From contig JAHKAP010000052.1 of NCBI GenBank assembly GCA_018825985.1, forward strand, positions 6,373-70,372: 64,000 nucleotides of DNA, given 5' to 3'. Both the position numbers and the translations under genes were made by a program. The DNA comes from Candidatus Omnitrophota bacterium (lineage in GTDB: Bacteria > Omnitrophota > Gorgyraeia > Gygaellales > Profunditerraquicolaceae). The notes below the pieces were generated by a model that ran no database searches, was not told the DNA's origin, and saw only the letters and a program-made list of their open reading frames with translations. Positions 1-9,006 of this stretch are shown here, in pieces (within the stretch, counting starts at the first letter, position 1; each line of letters opens with the position of its first letter).

Positions 1-397
1 TGAAAAAATGGCCCACAAGATCGCTGAGGGTATAATTGCCTCCGGTTTAGAGGTAAAACTTTTTAATGTTGCCCAATCTGACCATACTGAAATAATACAA
101 GAGATGCTGGATGCCAAAGGTTATCTTTTTGGTTCTTCTACCCATGATAATAATATGCTGCCTGGCATGGGAGGTTTTATGGAATTTTTTAAAGGACTTA
201 AGCCTAAAAACAGGATCGCCGGGGTATTCGGTTCCTATGGCTGGGCAGGCGGAGCAGTAAAAGAGATTGAAGGAGTTCTTAAGGAAGCGGGTATAGAAAA
301 TATCCATCCTTCAATTTCATTCCAATATCTGCCGGATAAGGAAGAGATGGCAAAATGCCCGGTATATGGCCAAGATTTTGCCCAAAGAATAGAATAG
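1..397 (+). CDS. Flavodiiron protein (FprA/rubredoxin:oxygen oxidoreductase-like), C-terminal flavodoxin domain; 5' end lies outside the window
   Basis: Flavodoxin-fold motifs (SSTHDNNMLPGM, GSYGWAGGAV) in the frame reaching the window edge. Genomic context is rubredoxin/SOR. Confidence 0.55.
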   Translation, partial: EKMAHKIAEGIIASGLEVKLFNVAQSDHTEIIQEMLDAKGYLFGSSTHDNNMLPGMGGFMEFFKGLKPKNRIAGVFGSYGWAGGAVKEIEGVLKEAGIENIHPSISFQYLPDKEEMAKCPVYGQDFAQRIE

Positions 398-406
398 GAG
401 GAGGGT

Positions 407-583
407 ATGATCCCCATAGAAGCTTTAAGGATTGCTTTAACCGAAGAAGCCAAAGCAATCGCCCTATACAGAAAATTATCCTTAGAACATAATTCAATAA
501 GAGAAGTGTTTGATTTTTTGATAACCGAGGAAGAGAAACACCAGCAGCTCCTTGAAAATAAAATCATAGAATTGACAAAATAG
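407..583 (+). CDS. Small (58 aa) ferritin-like/rubrerythrin-like helical protein
   Basis: ORF below the track length cut-off. GAGGAGGG RBS 6 nt upstream of ATG 407. E-x-x-H type motif ([11 protein letters not shown]). Sits between the flavodiiron and rubredoxin genes. Confidence 0.4.
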   Translation: MIPIEALRIALTEEAKAIALYRKLSLEHNSIREVFDFLITEEEKHQQLLENKIIELTK

Positions 584-591
584 GAGGTGTG

Positions 592-750
592 ATGGCCAAA
601 TATCGTTGCAAAGTTTGTGGTTATATCTATGACCCTGCCGTTGGGGACCCTGATAACGGGATAAAGCCGGGGACTTCATTTGAAAGTTTACCGGATAATT
701 GGGTTTGTCCTGAGTGTGGGGTGGGAAAGAGTGAGTTTGAAAAAATATAA
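592..750 (+). CDS. Rubredoxin
   Basis: 52-aa ORF not in the track. Two CxxC knuckles (CKVCGY...CPECG) and conserved rubredoxin core [34 protein letters not shown]. Confidence 0.85.
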   Translation: MAKYRCKVCGYIYDPAVGDPDNGIKPGTSFESLPDNWVCPECGVGKSEFEKI

Positions 751-770
751 ACCAAAAAAGCGAGGTTAAT

Positions 771-1211
771 ATGGATACGTTTGTCTGTAAAGTCTGCGGA
801 TATGCTTCTTTTAGGGAAGCCCCGGAGAAATGCCCGGTTTGCGGAGCGGCTAAACAAGCTTTTCAGCTTATGCCGGATGTTATCAAGAAACCCATTGACC
901 CTAACAATCTCAATGACCTGGAGAAAAAACACATTCCGGTAGTTAAGATAAGTAAGGTTTGTGGTTTGGTTGGGCCGGGTTGCATTGACGCGCATATTAA
1001 GATCGGCGAGGTAATGCATGTAATGGAGGCCAAGCATTTTATAATGTACGTTGACGTGTATCATGATTATAATTTCCTCTGTCGGGTGCATTTGACTCCT
1101 GAAAAAATTAACCCGGTTATTAGCCTGCATTTAAAAGTCGTAAGCGGTAAGTTGCTGGCCCTGGAGAATTGCAATGTGCATGGCCGCTGGATAGCTGAGG
1201 TAGATTTATAG
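771..1211 (+). CDS. Superoxide reductase (desulfoferrodoxin-like) with N-terminal CxxC...CxxC metal-binding knuckle
   Basis: N-terminal C-x2-C-x14-C-x2-C knuckle. SOR active-site motif E-K-K-H-I-P, additional His/Cys ligands downstream. Confidence 0.7.
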   Translation: MDTFVCKVCGYASFREAPEKCPVCGAAKQAFQLMPDVIKKPIDPNNLNDLEKKHIPVVKISKVCGLVGPGCIDAHIKIGEVMHVMEAKHFIMYVDVYHDYNFLCRVHLTPEKINPVISLHLKVVSGKLLALENCNVHGRWIAEVDL

Positions 1212-1213
1212 CC

Positions 1214-1738
1214 ATGGCTCAACTTCCCCGGGAAGTGGTGGCATTTTTCCTGCAGCAGCATTTTGTGATTGTGACTACTATTGATAGGCAGGGCAGGCTG
1301 CATAATTCATGTAAGGGGATAGTGGATATCGCGCCGGACGGGAAGGTGTATCTTCTAGACCTTTATATGAAAAATACTTTTAATAATTTAAAAGCCAGGC
1401 CGGACATAAGCGTCACTGCGGTAGAGGAACATGAGTTTAGGGGATATTCGATTAAAGGCCGGGGTTCGATAGTCAAAAGAGATGACCTCTCTCCTAAGAT
1501 CATCAGCAAGTGGGATGAGTTGCTCACCCAGCGGATCTCCCAGCGTATAATCAAGAATATCCATAACGGAAAAGCTCAGAAACAGCATCCGGAAGCGCTT
1601 TTACCCAAACCCGCGTATATGGTCTTAGTTAAAGTAGAAGAGGTGGTGGATCTGTCTCCACAACATATCAAAAAGGGGAGTAGAAATGGGCAATATCTTA
1701 ACCGCAAGCGAGATAGTGGAATTAGGTATTCAGATTGA
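1214..1738 (+). CDS. Pyridoxamine 5'-phosphate oxidase-like FMN-binding split-barrel protein
   Basis: PNPOx-like N-terminal pattern (VVAFFLQQHFVIVTTIDRQGRLH...). ATG directly after the SOR stop suggests coupling. The 3' end overlaps the next gene by 53 nt. Confidence 0.45.
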   Translation: MAQLPREVVAFFLQQHFVIVTTIDRQGRLHNSCKGIVDIAPDGKVYLLDLYMKNTFNNLKARPDISVTAVEEHEFRGYSIKGRGSIVKRDDLSPKIISKWDELLTQRISQRIIKNIHNGKAQKQHPEALLPKPAYMVLVKVEEVVDLSPQHIKKGSRNGQYLNRKRDSGIRYSD

Positions 1739-2168
1739 GAAGAACGGCTACGATTTTTATACTGAAGTAGCATCAAAGTCTATAGAGCCAAAAGCCAGGG
1801 GGAGGTTTGAATATCTGGCGGGTGAGGAAAAACAGCATATCAGCGTTTTTCAGGAGATATTGGATAAAGTTGATAAATATGAGCCGGCTGAAAGTTATAC
1901 CGGAGAAAACAAGGATTATTTGAATGCCTTGGCCAGCGAAAATGTTTTTACCCGGGAAGGTAAAGGTAAGGAGATCGCAAGGGCAATAGACTCCGAAAAG
2001 AAAGCGATTGATATGGCGATAAATTTCGAAAAAGATTCAATCAACCTTTTTTCAGTTATGAAGAAGGCGGTCCCTGCCCAGCAGCATAATATAATAGAGG
2101 CTCTTATCCAGCAGGAACAGGGGCACCTGGTTCTGCTGGTTGAAATTAAACAAACCCTTAAAATATAG
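1686..2168 (+). CDS. Rubrerythrin/ferritin-like diiron protein
   Basis: Two E-x-x-H motifs (EEKQH, QQEQGH) spaced as in ferritin-like four-helix bundles. GGGGAG RBS before ATG 1686. Confidence 0.5.
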   Translation: MGNILTASEIVELGIQIEKNGYDFYTEVASKSIEPKARGRFEYLAGEEKQHISVFQEILDKVDKYEPAESYTGENKDYLNALASENVFTREGKGKEIARAIDSEKKAIDMAINFEKDSINLFSVMKKAVPAQQHNIIEALIQQEQGHLVLLVEIKQTLKI

Positions 2169-2177
2169 AGGTTATCG

Positions 2178-2414
2178 ATGAATAAAAAAATCACGGTTTA
2201 CAGTACCCCTACCTGTCCTTACTGCATCAGGGTAAAGCAATTTTTAAAAGACAATAATATTTCATTTGAGCATCACGATGTTTCCGTAGACCAGGAGAAA
2301 GCCGAGGAGATGATTAAGAAATCAGGCCAGATGGGCGTTCCGGTCCTGGATATCGAAGGCGAAATAATTATCGGATTTGACAAAGAAAGAATCAAGGAAT
2401 TATTAGGCATATAG
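2178..2414 (+). CDS. Glutaredoxin
   Basis: CPYC active site in thioredoxin-fold context (VYSTPTCPYCIRVKQFL). 78 aa. Confidence 0.8.
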   Translation: MNKKITVYSTPTCPYCIRVKQFLKDNNISFEHHDVSVDQEKAEEMIKKSGQMGVPVLDIEGEIIIGFDKERIKELLGI

Positions 2415-2422
2415 GCGATTTT

Positions 2423-3343
2423 ATGTATGATTTGATTATCATAGGCGCCGGACCTGCCGGGATCACCGCCGGGATTTACGCTGCCCGCAAGAAGATGGAT
2501 ACCCTGATCATTACCAAGGATGTAGGCGGACAGACAGCCTGGAGCGGTGATATAGAAAATTATACCGGTTATCAATTTATCAGCGGCTTGGATTTAGTGG
2601 CTAAATTCGAAGAGCATATCCGTAAATATGCGATTCATTTAAAAGAGGGCGAAGAAGTCGAAAGCCTCAATAAGGTCCGAGATGTAGTATATCTTAAGAC
2701 CAATAAGGCTGAATATGAAGCCAGGACCGTGATTATAGCTTCTGGAAAAAGGTCAAAAGAATTAGGTGTTCCCGGAGAAAAGGAATTTAAAAATAGAGGG
2801 CTCACCTTTTGCGCTACCTGTGACGGCCCTTTATTCTCCGGAAAGGATGTGGCTGTTATCGGCGGAGGAAATTCTGCTCTGGATGCGGTTCTACAATTAG
2901 CCCGTATCGCAAAAAAAGTATACGTTATCAATAATACAATATCTTTAGGCGCAGACGCGATAATGCGGGAAAAGGTCATCCAGGCAAACAATGTAATTTT
3001 ATTCAATCAGGCCAGAGTTATCGCTATCACCGGGGATAAATTCGTAAGCGGGATCAAGATAAAAGCCCAAGATGAAGAGAAGAGTATATCCTTAGATGGT
3101 GTTTTTGTGGAGGTAGGGTTAAAACCAAATTCCGAGTTCGCGCCTGATGCAGAGAAAAACGCGATTGGAGAAATAAAAGTAAATTGCAATAATGAGACTA
3201 ACCTCCCCGGCATCTTTGCAGCCGGCGATGTAACTGATATCCAGGGTAAGCAGATAATCATTGCCTGTGGCGAAGGGGCGAAATCCTGCTTGTCGGCGTT
3301 CAGTTATCTTAATCAGCATAAATTCAGCGATGATAAAAATTAG
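2423..3343 (+). CDS. trxB: Thioredoxin-disulfide reductase
   Basis: FAD motif GAGPAG, redox-active CATCDG, NADPH motif GGGNSA. Confidence 0.85.
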   Translation: MYDLIIIGAGPAGITAGIYAARKKMDTLIITKDVGGQTAWSGDIENYTGYQFISGLDLVAKFEEHIRKYAIHLKEGEEVESLNKVRDVVYLKTNKAEYEARTVIIASGKRSKELGVPGEKEFKNRGLTFCATCDGPLFSGKDVAVIGGGNSALDAVLQLARIAKKVYVINNTISLGADAIMREKVIQANNVILFNQARVIAITGDKFVSGIKIKAQDEEKSISLDGVFVEVGLKPNSEFAPDAEKNAIGEIKVNCNNETNLPGIFAAGDVTDIQGKQIIIACGEGAKSCLSAFSYLNQHKFSDDKN

Positions 3344-3971
3344 AAGGGCCAGGCAATTTTTTATGGCTGCAGTTTTTATGGCAGTATTTATTTTTGGCTG
3401 GATTTACCCTATTCTGGGATTTTTTATACCTCTATGCATGATCTTAGGGATAGGTATAGGGTTGTTTAAAGGCAGGAAATTCTGCGACTGGTATTGCCCC
3501 AGGGGAAGTTTTTATGACGCCTGGTTTAAGTCCTTGAGTCCGCAAAGAAAGATACCGGCCCTATTTAAGAATATCTATTTTCGTTTGGGGGTGTTATTAT
3601 TTCTGATGGCGGTAATGGTGGTTAACCTGTTTTACCGCTGGCCAAACCCTATTAATATAGGTATGTTTTTTGTGATTATGATGACTTCCACAACTGTTTT
3701 GGGTGTTGGTTTGGCGCTATTTTTCCATCAGCGCAGCTGGTGCTCGTTTTGCCCTGTGGGCACGATTGCCAATTTAGCCGGCAGGAATAAATTTAGCCTC
3801 ATGATAAATTCCCAGGATTGTAACGAATGTAAGGCCTGCGCTAAAGTTTGCCCCATACAGATCGAGCCTTATAAATTCAAAAAAACAGGCATCCGGGAAG
3901 TAAAAGATTTTGATTGCCTAAAATGCGGCACCTGCGTCGCAGCCTGCCCTAAAAAAGCCTTAAGTTTTTAA
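3330..3971 (+). CDS. Membrane-bound polyferredoxin-like protein with 4Fe-4S clusters
   Basis: Several transmembrane segments plus CxxCxxCxxxCP-type motifs (CNECKACAKVCP, CLKCGTCVAACP). Start is uncertain: ATG 3330 or 3363. The track ORF starts at 3261 inside trxB. Confidence 0.55.
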   Translation: MIKIRRARQFFMAAVFMAVFIFGWIYPILGFFIPLCMILGIGIGLFKGRKFCDWYCPRGSFYDAWFKSLSPQRKIPALFKNIYFRLGVLLFLMAVMVVNLFYRWPNPINIGMFFVIMMTSTTVLGVGLALFFHQRSWCSFCPVGTIANLAGRNKFSLMINSQDCNECKACAKVCPIQIEPYKFKKTGIREVKDFDCLKCGTCVAACPKKALSF

Positions 3972-3981
3972 AGGATAGATT

Positions 3982-4791
3982 ATGCTTAGGATACTCTTTA
4001 ATTTAGGCCCAATAAATATTTATTCTTACGGGTTAATGCTGGCCCTGGCATTTTTATCCGGGATGTATTTAATTGAAAAAAGAGCCCGGAAGCAGGGTCT
4101 GAATAAAAACAAAATTCTGGATCTGGTTTTTCTTATTCTTTTTTCTGCAATCCTGGGCGCGAGGGCATTATTCGTTATACTAAACTGGGATTATTACAGG
4201 TCTGACCTAATTGGTATTTTAAAGGTTTGGGAAGGCGGCCTGGTTTTCTACGGCGGATTGATCCTGGCTTTTTTTGCCAGCGTTTGGTTTTTAAAAAAGA
4301 ATAAACTATCTTTCTGGAAAACAGCGGATATTCTAAGCCCGGCATTAGCCTTGGGAGAAGTTTTTGGCAGGATCGGATGTTTTTTGAACGGGTGCTGTTA
4401 TGGTTTGATTTCCGAAAAGTGGGGGATTAGTTTTCCGGCGCGGGATAATCCTCCGGCTTTTTCCCAACAGGTCTTTGATGGCCTGATATCCCCGGCAGCA
4501 AGATGTTCATTGCCGGTGATCCCGACCCAGATCTATTCTGCCCTGGCTGGCCTGGCGATATTTTGTATACTCCTGGTTTTGGAGAAGAAGAAAAGTTTTG
4601 ACGGATTTTTATTCTGGGTTTTTATCCTGCTTTATTCCTTATTTAGGTTTGTAATCGAAAGCTTTCGTTATTACGAAAAAAACTTTTTTGTTCTCAATAA
4701 TCTGACCATATCCCAGGTCATCAGTATAGTTTTGGTTATAATTTCCCTGGTTTTTTTAGTCAAAGGCAAAAAGCAGGCAGAAAACAGGTGA
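3982..4791 (+). CDS. lgt: Prolipoprotein diacylglyceryl transferase
   Basis: Lgt signature regions (YGLMLALAFL, GGLVFYGG, GRIGCFLNGCCYG). Polytopic membrane protein. Confidence 0.85.
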   Translation: MLRILFNLGPINIYSYGLMLALAFLSGMYLIEKRARKQGLNKNKILDLVFLILFSAILGARALFVILNWDYYRSDLIGILKVWEGGLVFYGGLILAFFASVWFLKKNKLSFWKTADILSPALALGEVFGRIGCFLNGCCYGLISEKWGISFPARDNPPAFSQQVFDGLISPAARCSLPVIPTQIYSALAGLAIFCILLVLEKKKSFDGFLFWVFILLYSLFRFVIESFRYYEKNFFVLNNLTISQVISIVLVIISLVFLVKGKKQAENR

Positions 4792-6965
4792 AGATGAATA
4801 ATAAAATAGTGCTGGATATTTCCGGGATGCATTGCGCCTCCTGCGCTTTAAATATTGAACAGTCATTGAAAAAAGTTGCCGGCGTAATTGGTTCCCGGGT
4901 TAATTTCGCTTCAGAAAAGGCATATATTGAGTTTGATCCCGATAGGTTAAATGTCCAGGATTTTATCCGGATAGTTGAGCACAGCGGGTATAAGGCCGCT
5001 GTTCCCGGGACAATGGATGCGGAAAAAGAGTCCCGGGATAAAGAAGTTAAGGCTTTAAGGACGAAATTCATCATCGCTCTGATCCTTTCATCCATCCTGA
5101 TGGTTATATCAATGATAAAGCATACACAAATGGTTATGCCCCAGTTTGTCTTATCTACTGCGGTATTGGTCTGTGGCTATCAGTTTTTTATCCGGGGGAT
5201 AACCGTGGTTTTTAAAAACAAACAGGCGAATATGGATACCCTGGTAGCTTTGGGGGTAGGCAGCGCCTATTTTTATAGTTTATGGGCAAGTCTTTTTGGA
5301 GGCGCTAATCTTTATTATGAGTCAGCCGCTTTTTTGCTTACTTTTATTTTATTGGGTAAATACCTTGAAGCAGCGACCAAGAGAAAGACTTCTCAGGCTA
5401 TCAGGCGACTCTGGGGATTAAGGCCCAAAACAGCTTTGGTTATCCGTGAGGATAAGGAGCAAGAGGTTGCCGTGGAAGATTTAGTAATTGGGGATATTAT
5501 TATTGTTAAACCCGGCCAGAGCATACCGGTGGACGGTAAGGTTATGCACGGTTATTCCAGCGTAGATGAGTCAATGGTGACCGGAGAGAGCTTGCCAATA
5601 GAGAAGACCATCAATTCCATGGTTATCGGGGGGACAATAAATAAATCCGGCTCCTTTAAATTTCAGGCCGAAAAAATAGGTAAAGATACCATTCTGGCCC
5701 AGATCATTAAATTAGTGGAAGAGGCCCAGGGGTCTAAGGCCCCTATCCAGAAGCTGGCAGATAAAATTTCGGGTTTTTTTGTGCCGGCTGTTTTATTGAT
5801 AGGTGCGCTGACGTTTATGATCTGGTTTTTTCTGGGGAAAAACCCTGATTTGGCCTTAAGTAATTTTATCTCGGTATTAATCATCGCTTGCCCTTGCGCC
5901 TTGGGGCTGGCTACTCCTACGGCTGTGATGATGGGAACAGGTATAGGAGCGAACAACGGCATACTTATTAAGAACGCCTCCAGTCTTGAGATTACCCATA
6001 AATCCGGGGTGGTTGTTTTTGATAAAACCGGGACCCTGACCGAAGGAAGGCCGTCTTTGACCGATGTAGTATTAATGAGAGCTAAAGATAGACGGGAAGT
6101 TTTGAAATACGCGGCCATAGCCGAGAAACGTTCCGAGCATCCTTTGGCCGAGGCTATTATGGCTGAGGTCAAGAAAGAAGATTTAGATATTCCTGACCCG
6201 GATTTGTTTAATTCCCTGGCCGGGAAAGGGGTGATTGCCAGGTTTAATTCAGAGGTAATAATTTTAGGGAATCGGAGGTTGTTCGGCGAAAGAAAGATTG
6301 ATTATTCTAATTTAGAAGATAAATTAGCGGCATTAGAAGCCCAGGGTAAGACTGTGATGATGGCCGGGTATAAAAACGAAATTTTGGGGATACTGGCTTT
6401 CGCAGATACCTTAAAAGAAACAGCTAAATCTACGGTAGAGGTGTTAAATAAAATGGGCAAAGAAGTCATAATGATCAGCGGAGATAATCTGGCTACAGCC
6501 AAAGCGATCGCGAAGGCCGCAGGCATAGAAAGAGTTTTGGCTGAAGTTCTGCCGCAGGACAAGGTTCAAGAGATAAAGAATATTCAGGCTAAAGGTTCGA
6601 CGGTGGTTATGGTGGGAGACGGGATAAATGACGCTCCGGCATTAGCCCAGGCTGATGTAGGCATCGCAATAGGTGCGGGAACGGATATAGCCATGGAATC
6701 GGCGGATATTGTATTGATCAGGGATGATTTGTTGGGCGTGATCCTGGCTATTGACTTATCTCGGTATACCTTAAGAAAGATTCGGCAGAATCTTTTCTGG
6801 GCTTTCTTTTATAACAGCATAAGCATACCTGTAGCCGCAGGCCTGCTATATCCGTTTTTTAAAATCTTGCTTAATCCTGTAGTTGCCGCCCTGGCCATGA
6901 CTTTCAGCTCAGTTTCAGTTGTGGTTAATTCGCTTATGATGAAAAGATACTGTTTTAGGCGGTAG
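4788..6965 (+). CDS. copA: Heavy-metal (Cu+-type) translocating P1B-type ATPase
   Basis: N-terminal HMA domain GMHCASCA, transmembrane CPC motif, phosphorylation site DKTGTLT, GDGINDAP hinge. Confidence 0.85.
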   Translation: MKMNNKIVLDISGMHCASCALNIEQSLKKVAGVIGSRVNFASEKAYIEFDPDRLNVQDFIRIVEHSGYKAAVPGTMDAEKESRDKEVKALRTKFIIALILSSILMVISMIKHTQMVMPQFVLSTAVLVCGYQFFIRGITVVFKNKQANMDTLVALGVGSAYFYSLWASLFGGANLYYESAAFLLTFILLGKYLEAATKRKTSQAIRRLWGLRPKTALVIREDKEQEVAVEDLVIGDIIIVKPGQSIPVDGKVMHGYSSVDESMVTGESLPIEKTINSMVIGGTINKSGSFKFQAEKIGKDTILAQIIKLVEEAQGSKAPIQKLADKISGFFVPAVLLIGALTFMIWFFLGKNPDLALSNFISVLIIACPCALGLATPTAVMMGTGIGANNGILIKNASSLEITHKSGVVVFDKTGTLTEGRPSLTDVVLMRAKDRREVLKYAAIAEKRSEHPLAEAIMAEVKKEDLDIPDPDLFNSLAGKGVIARFNSEVIILGNRRLFGERKIDYSNLEDKLAALEAQGKTVMMAGYKNEILGILAFADTLKETAKSTVEVLNKMGKEVIMISGDNLATAKAIAKAAGIERVLAEVLPQDKVQEIKNIQAKGSTVVMVGDGINDAPALAQADVGIAIGAGTDIAMESADIVLIRDDLLGVILAIDLSRYTLRKIRQNLFWAFFYNSISIPVAAGLLYPFFKILLNPVVAALAMTFSSVSVVVNSLMMKRYCFRR

Positions 6966-6990
6966 GGGGTGTTTTTCCAAGCGTATTTAT

Positions 6991-7019
6991 TTGCCTAAAG
7001 AGTATTACTTTGGTATAAT
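6991..7019 (+). promoter_or_regulatory. Sigma70-like promoter (TTGCCT-17-TGgTATAAT) ahead of the DUF39 operon, followed by a ~110-nt structured leader
   Basis: -35 TTGCCT at 6991-6996. 17-nt spacer. Extended -10 TGgTATAAT at 7011-7019. Confidence 0.45.
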
Positions 7020-7135
7020 TTAATGAAATAAAAAGGGTTTTATTCCCGCTATCGCTGGATTTCACCGATCGCCTGCCAGCCGGCGAGGTAGGTGCATTAT
7101 GGTTAAAAAATTGTGTTCACGGAGGTAAATAGGTT

Positions 7136-8338
7136 ATGAAGACGATTGCTGAGATTAACCAGAAGATCAAAAAAGGCGAAGTAGTAGTGGTAACCGCCGA
7201 AGAGATTATTGATCTGGTGGAGAAAAAAGGCTTAAAAAAAGCAGCCCAGGAGGTGGATGTAGTCACAACCGGTACTTTCGGCCCGATGTGCTCTTCCGGG
7301 GCTTATTTTAATATCGGCCATTCTAAGCCAAAGATAAAGATCGGGGGTGGCGCCTGCCGGCTGAATGATGTTCCGGTTTATACCGGATTCGCGGCTATGG
7401 ATATTTATTTAGGGGCTACGGCTCTTCCGGATGATGATCCGTTAAATAAGGTTTATCCGGGTGAGTTCCGTTACGGCGGAGGGCATGTTATCCAGGAACT
7501 GTTGGAAGGAAAAGATATTCGCCTGGAGGCGACAGCTTACGGAACAGATTGTTATCCCCGCAAGAAACTGGACACCTATATATCCTTAAAAGATCTGAAT
7601 GAAGCAGTGCTTTTTAACTTACGTAACTGTTATCAGAATTATAATGTGGCGGTCAACCTTTCGGATAGGATTTTATATACCTATATGGGGGTGCTCAAGC
7701 CTAATTGCGGGAATGCCAATTATTGTTCTGCCGGGCAATTATCACCGCTTTTAAATGATCCTTATTATAAGACTATTGGTATTGGCACCCGGATATTCTT
7801 AGGCGGTGGAATTGGTTATGTAGCCTGGCAGGGGACTCAGCATAATCCTAATGTTAAGAGAAAGGATAATGGGGTGCCTTTTGCGCCAGGCGGAACTCTG
7901 GCGGTTATCGGAGACCTGAAACAGATGGAATCCCAGTGGCTCAGGGGCACCAGTATGTTGGGGTATGGAGTAACATTAAGCGTAGGAATCGGCGTGCCTA
8001 TTCCGGTATTAAATGAGGAGATCGCTCAGTTTTGCGCGGTTAAGGACGAAGAGATTTACGCTTATATAATCGATTATTCCCAGGCTTACCCGCAAGGCAT
8101 GCCTGGGACATTAGGAGAGGTTAATTATAAACAGCTGAAGTCCGGTAAGATTAATCTTCAGGGCAAAGAAATATCAACAGGAGCGCTCTCCAGTTATTCT
8201 AAGGCTAAAGAGATCGCCGAAGAATTAAAATCCTGGATAAAAAAAGGTGATTTTCTATTGAGCGATCCAGTAGCGCCTTTGCCTGGAGTTGAATCCGGAT
8301 ATAGCTTTAAACCGTTGAAAGAACGGCTCATTAAATAA
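7136..8338 (+). CDS. DUF39 (COG1900) homocysteine-biosynthesis protein, MA1821-type L-aspartate-semialdehyde sulfurtransferase family
   Basis: 400-aa protein with the characteristic DUF39 layout and conserved Cys-containing segments. GGAGG RBS. Followed by NifU-like and NIL-ferredoxin genes as in the methanogen pathway. Confidence 0.65.
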   Translation: MKTIAEINQKIKKGEVVVVTAEEIIDLVEKKGLKKAAQEVDVVTTGTFGPMCSSGAYFNIGHSKPKIKIGGGACRLNDVPVYTGFAAMDIYLGATALPDDDPLNKVYPGEFRYGGGHVIQELLEGKDIRLEATAYGTDCYPRKKLDTYISLKDLNEAVLFNLRNCYQNYNVAVNLSDRILYTYMGVLKPNCGNANYCSAGQLSPLLNDPYYKTIGIGTRIFLGGGIGYVAWQGTQHNPNVKRKDNGVPFAPGGTLAVIGDLKQMESQWLRGTSMLGYGVTLSVGIGVPIPVLNEEIAQFCAVKDEEIYAYIIDYSQAYPQGMPGTLGEVNYKQLKSGKINLQGKEISTGALSSYSKAKEIAEELKSWIKKGDFLLSDPVAPLPGVESGYSFKPLKERLIK

Positions 8339-8371
8339 TTGGATTAACTGAGTTTACAATGGAGGCTTACT

Positions 8372-8596
8372 ATGGATAGGGCGCAAATAGAAAAGGCTTT
8401 GGATAAAGTAAGAGGTATGCTGGCCATGGACGGAGGAAATGTAGAATTAGTGGATGTTTCTGATGATGGGATAGTTAAGGTGAAGCTCACCGGTTCCTGC
8501 GGCTGTTGTCCGATGAGCCAGATGACTTTAAAAATGGGAATTGAGCGGGCCTTAAAACAGGAAGTCCCGCAGGTAAAAGAGGTGGTTTCAGTATGA
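8372..8596 (+). CDS. NifU-like (Nfu C-terminal domain) Fe-S protein
   Basis: 74 aa. LTGSCGCCP CxxC-type motif in Nfu-like context. Confidence 0.55.
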   Translation: MDRAQIEKALDKVRGMLAMDGGNVELVDVSDDGIVKVKLTGSCGCCPMSQMTLKMGIERALKQEVPQVKEVVSV

Positions 8597-9000
8597 TTAC
8601 TAAACGCATAGTTTTACATTTTCCCCAACGGCTGGTGGATAAGCCGATAGTTTACAAATTAATCAGGGATTTTAACCTGGAATTCAATATCCTCAAGGCT
8701 TATGTTACTCCTCAGGAGGAGGGGCTGATGGTTTTAGAGCTTAAAGGAAAAGACGAAGATTACCAGAAAGGGATAAAATATCTCGAGTCCTCAGGGGTAA
8801 AGATTCAGCCTTTAAGCGAGGACATCATTCGTAATGAAACTAAGTGCACCCATTGCGGCGTATGTGTTCCTATTTGTCCTACTCAGGCCCTGGCGGTTGA
8901 TCTGATCACCCGCAAGGTTAATTTCTACGACACAAAATGCATTGCCTGTGAAGTCTGCATCAAGGCTTGTCCCACCCACGCCATGGAAGTGCATTTCTAA
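8593..9000 (+). CDS. NIL-domain ferredoxin (2x[4Fe-4S]), MA1822-type partner of DUF39
   Basis: N-terminal NIL-like ~75 aa followed by [12 protein letters not shown] and [12 protein letters not shown]. 4-nt overlap with the upstream gene. Confidence 0.6.
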   Translation: MITKRIVLHFPQRLVDKPIVYKLIRDFNLEFNILKAYVTPQEEGLMVLELKGKDEDYQKGIKYLESSGVKIQPLSEDIIRNETKCTHCGVCVPICPTQALAVDLITRKVNFYDTKCIACEVCIKACPTHAMEVHF

Positions 9001-9006
9001 ATAAAA

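Noticed and set aside
627-1130. 167-aa ORF on the - strand overlapping the rubredoxin and SOR genes
   Set aside because: Low-complexity translation with no motifs. It lies antisense to two well-supported genes with RBSs, so it is a shadow ORF.
5663-6172. 169-aa - strand ORF inside copA
   Set aside because: Antisense to a P-type ATPase with all signature motifs. The amino-acid composition is Ala/Ser/Pro-rich and typical of shadow frames.
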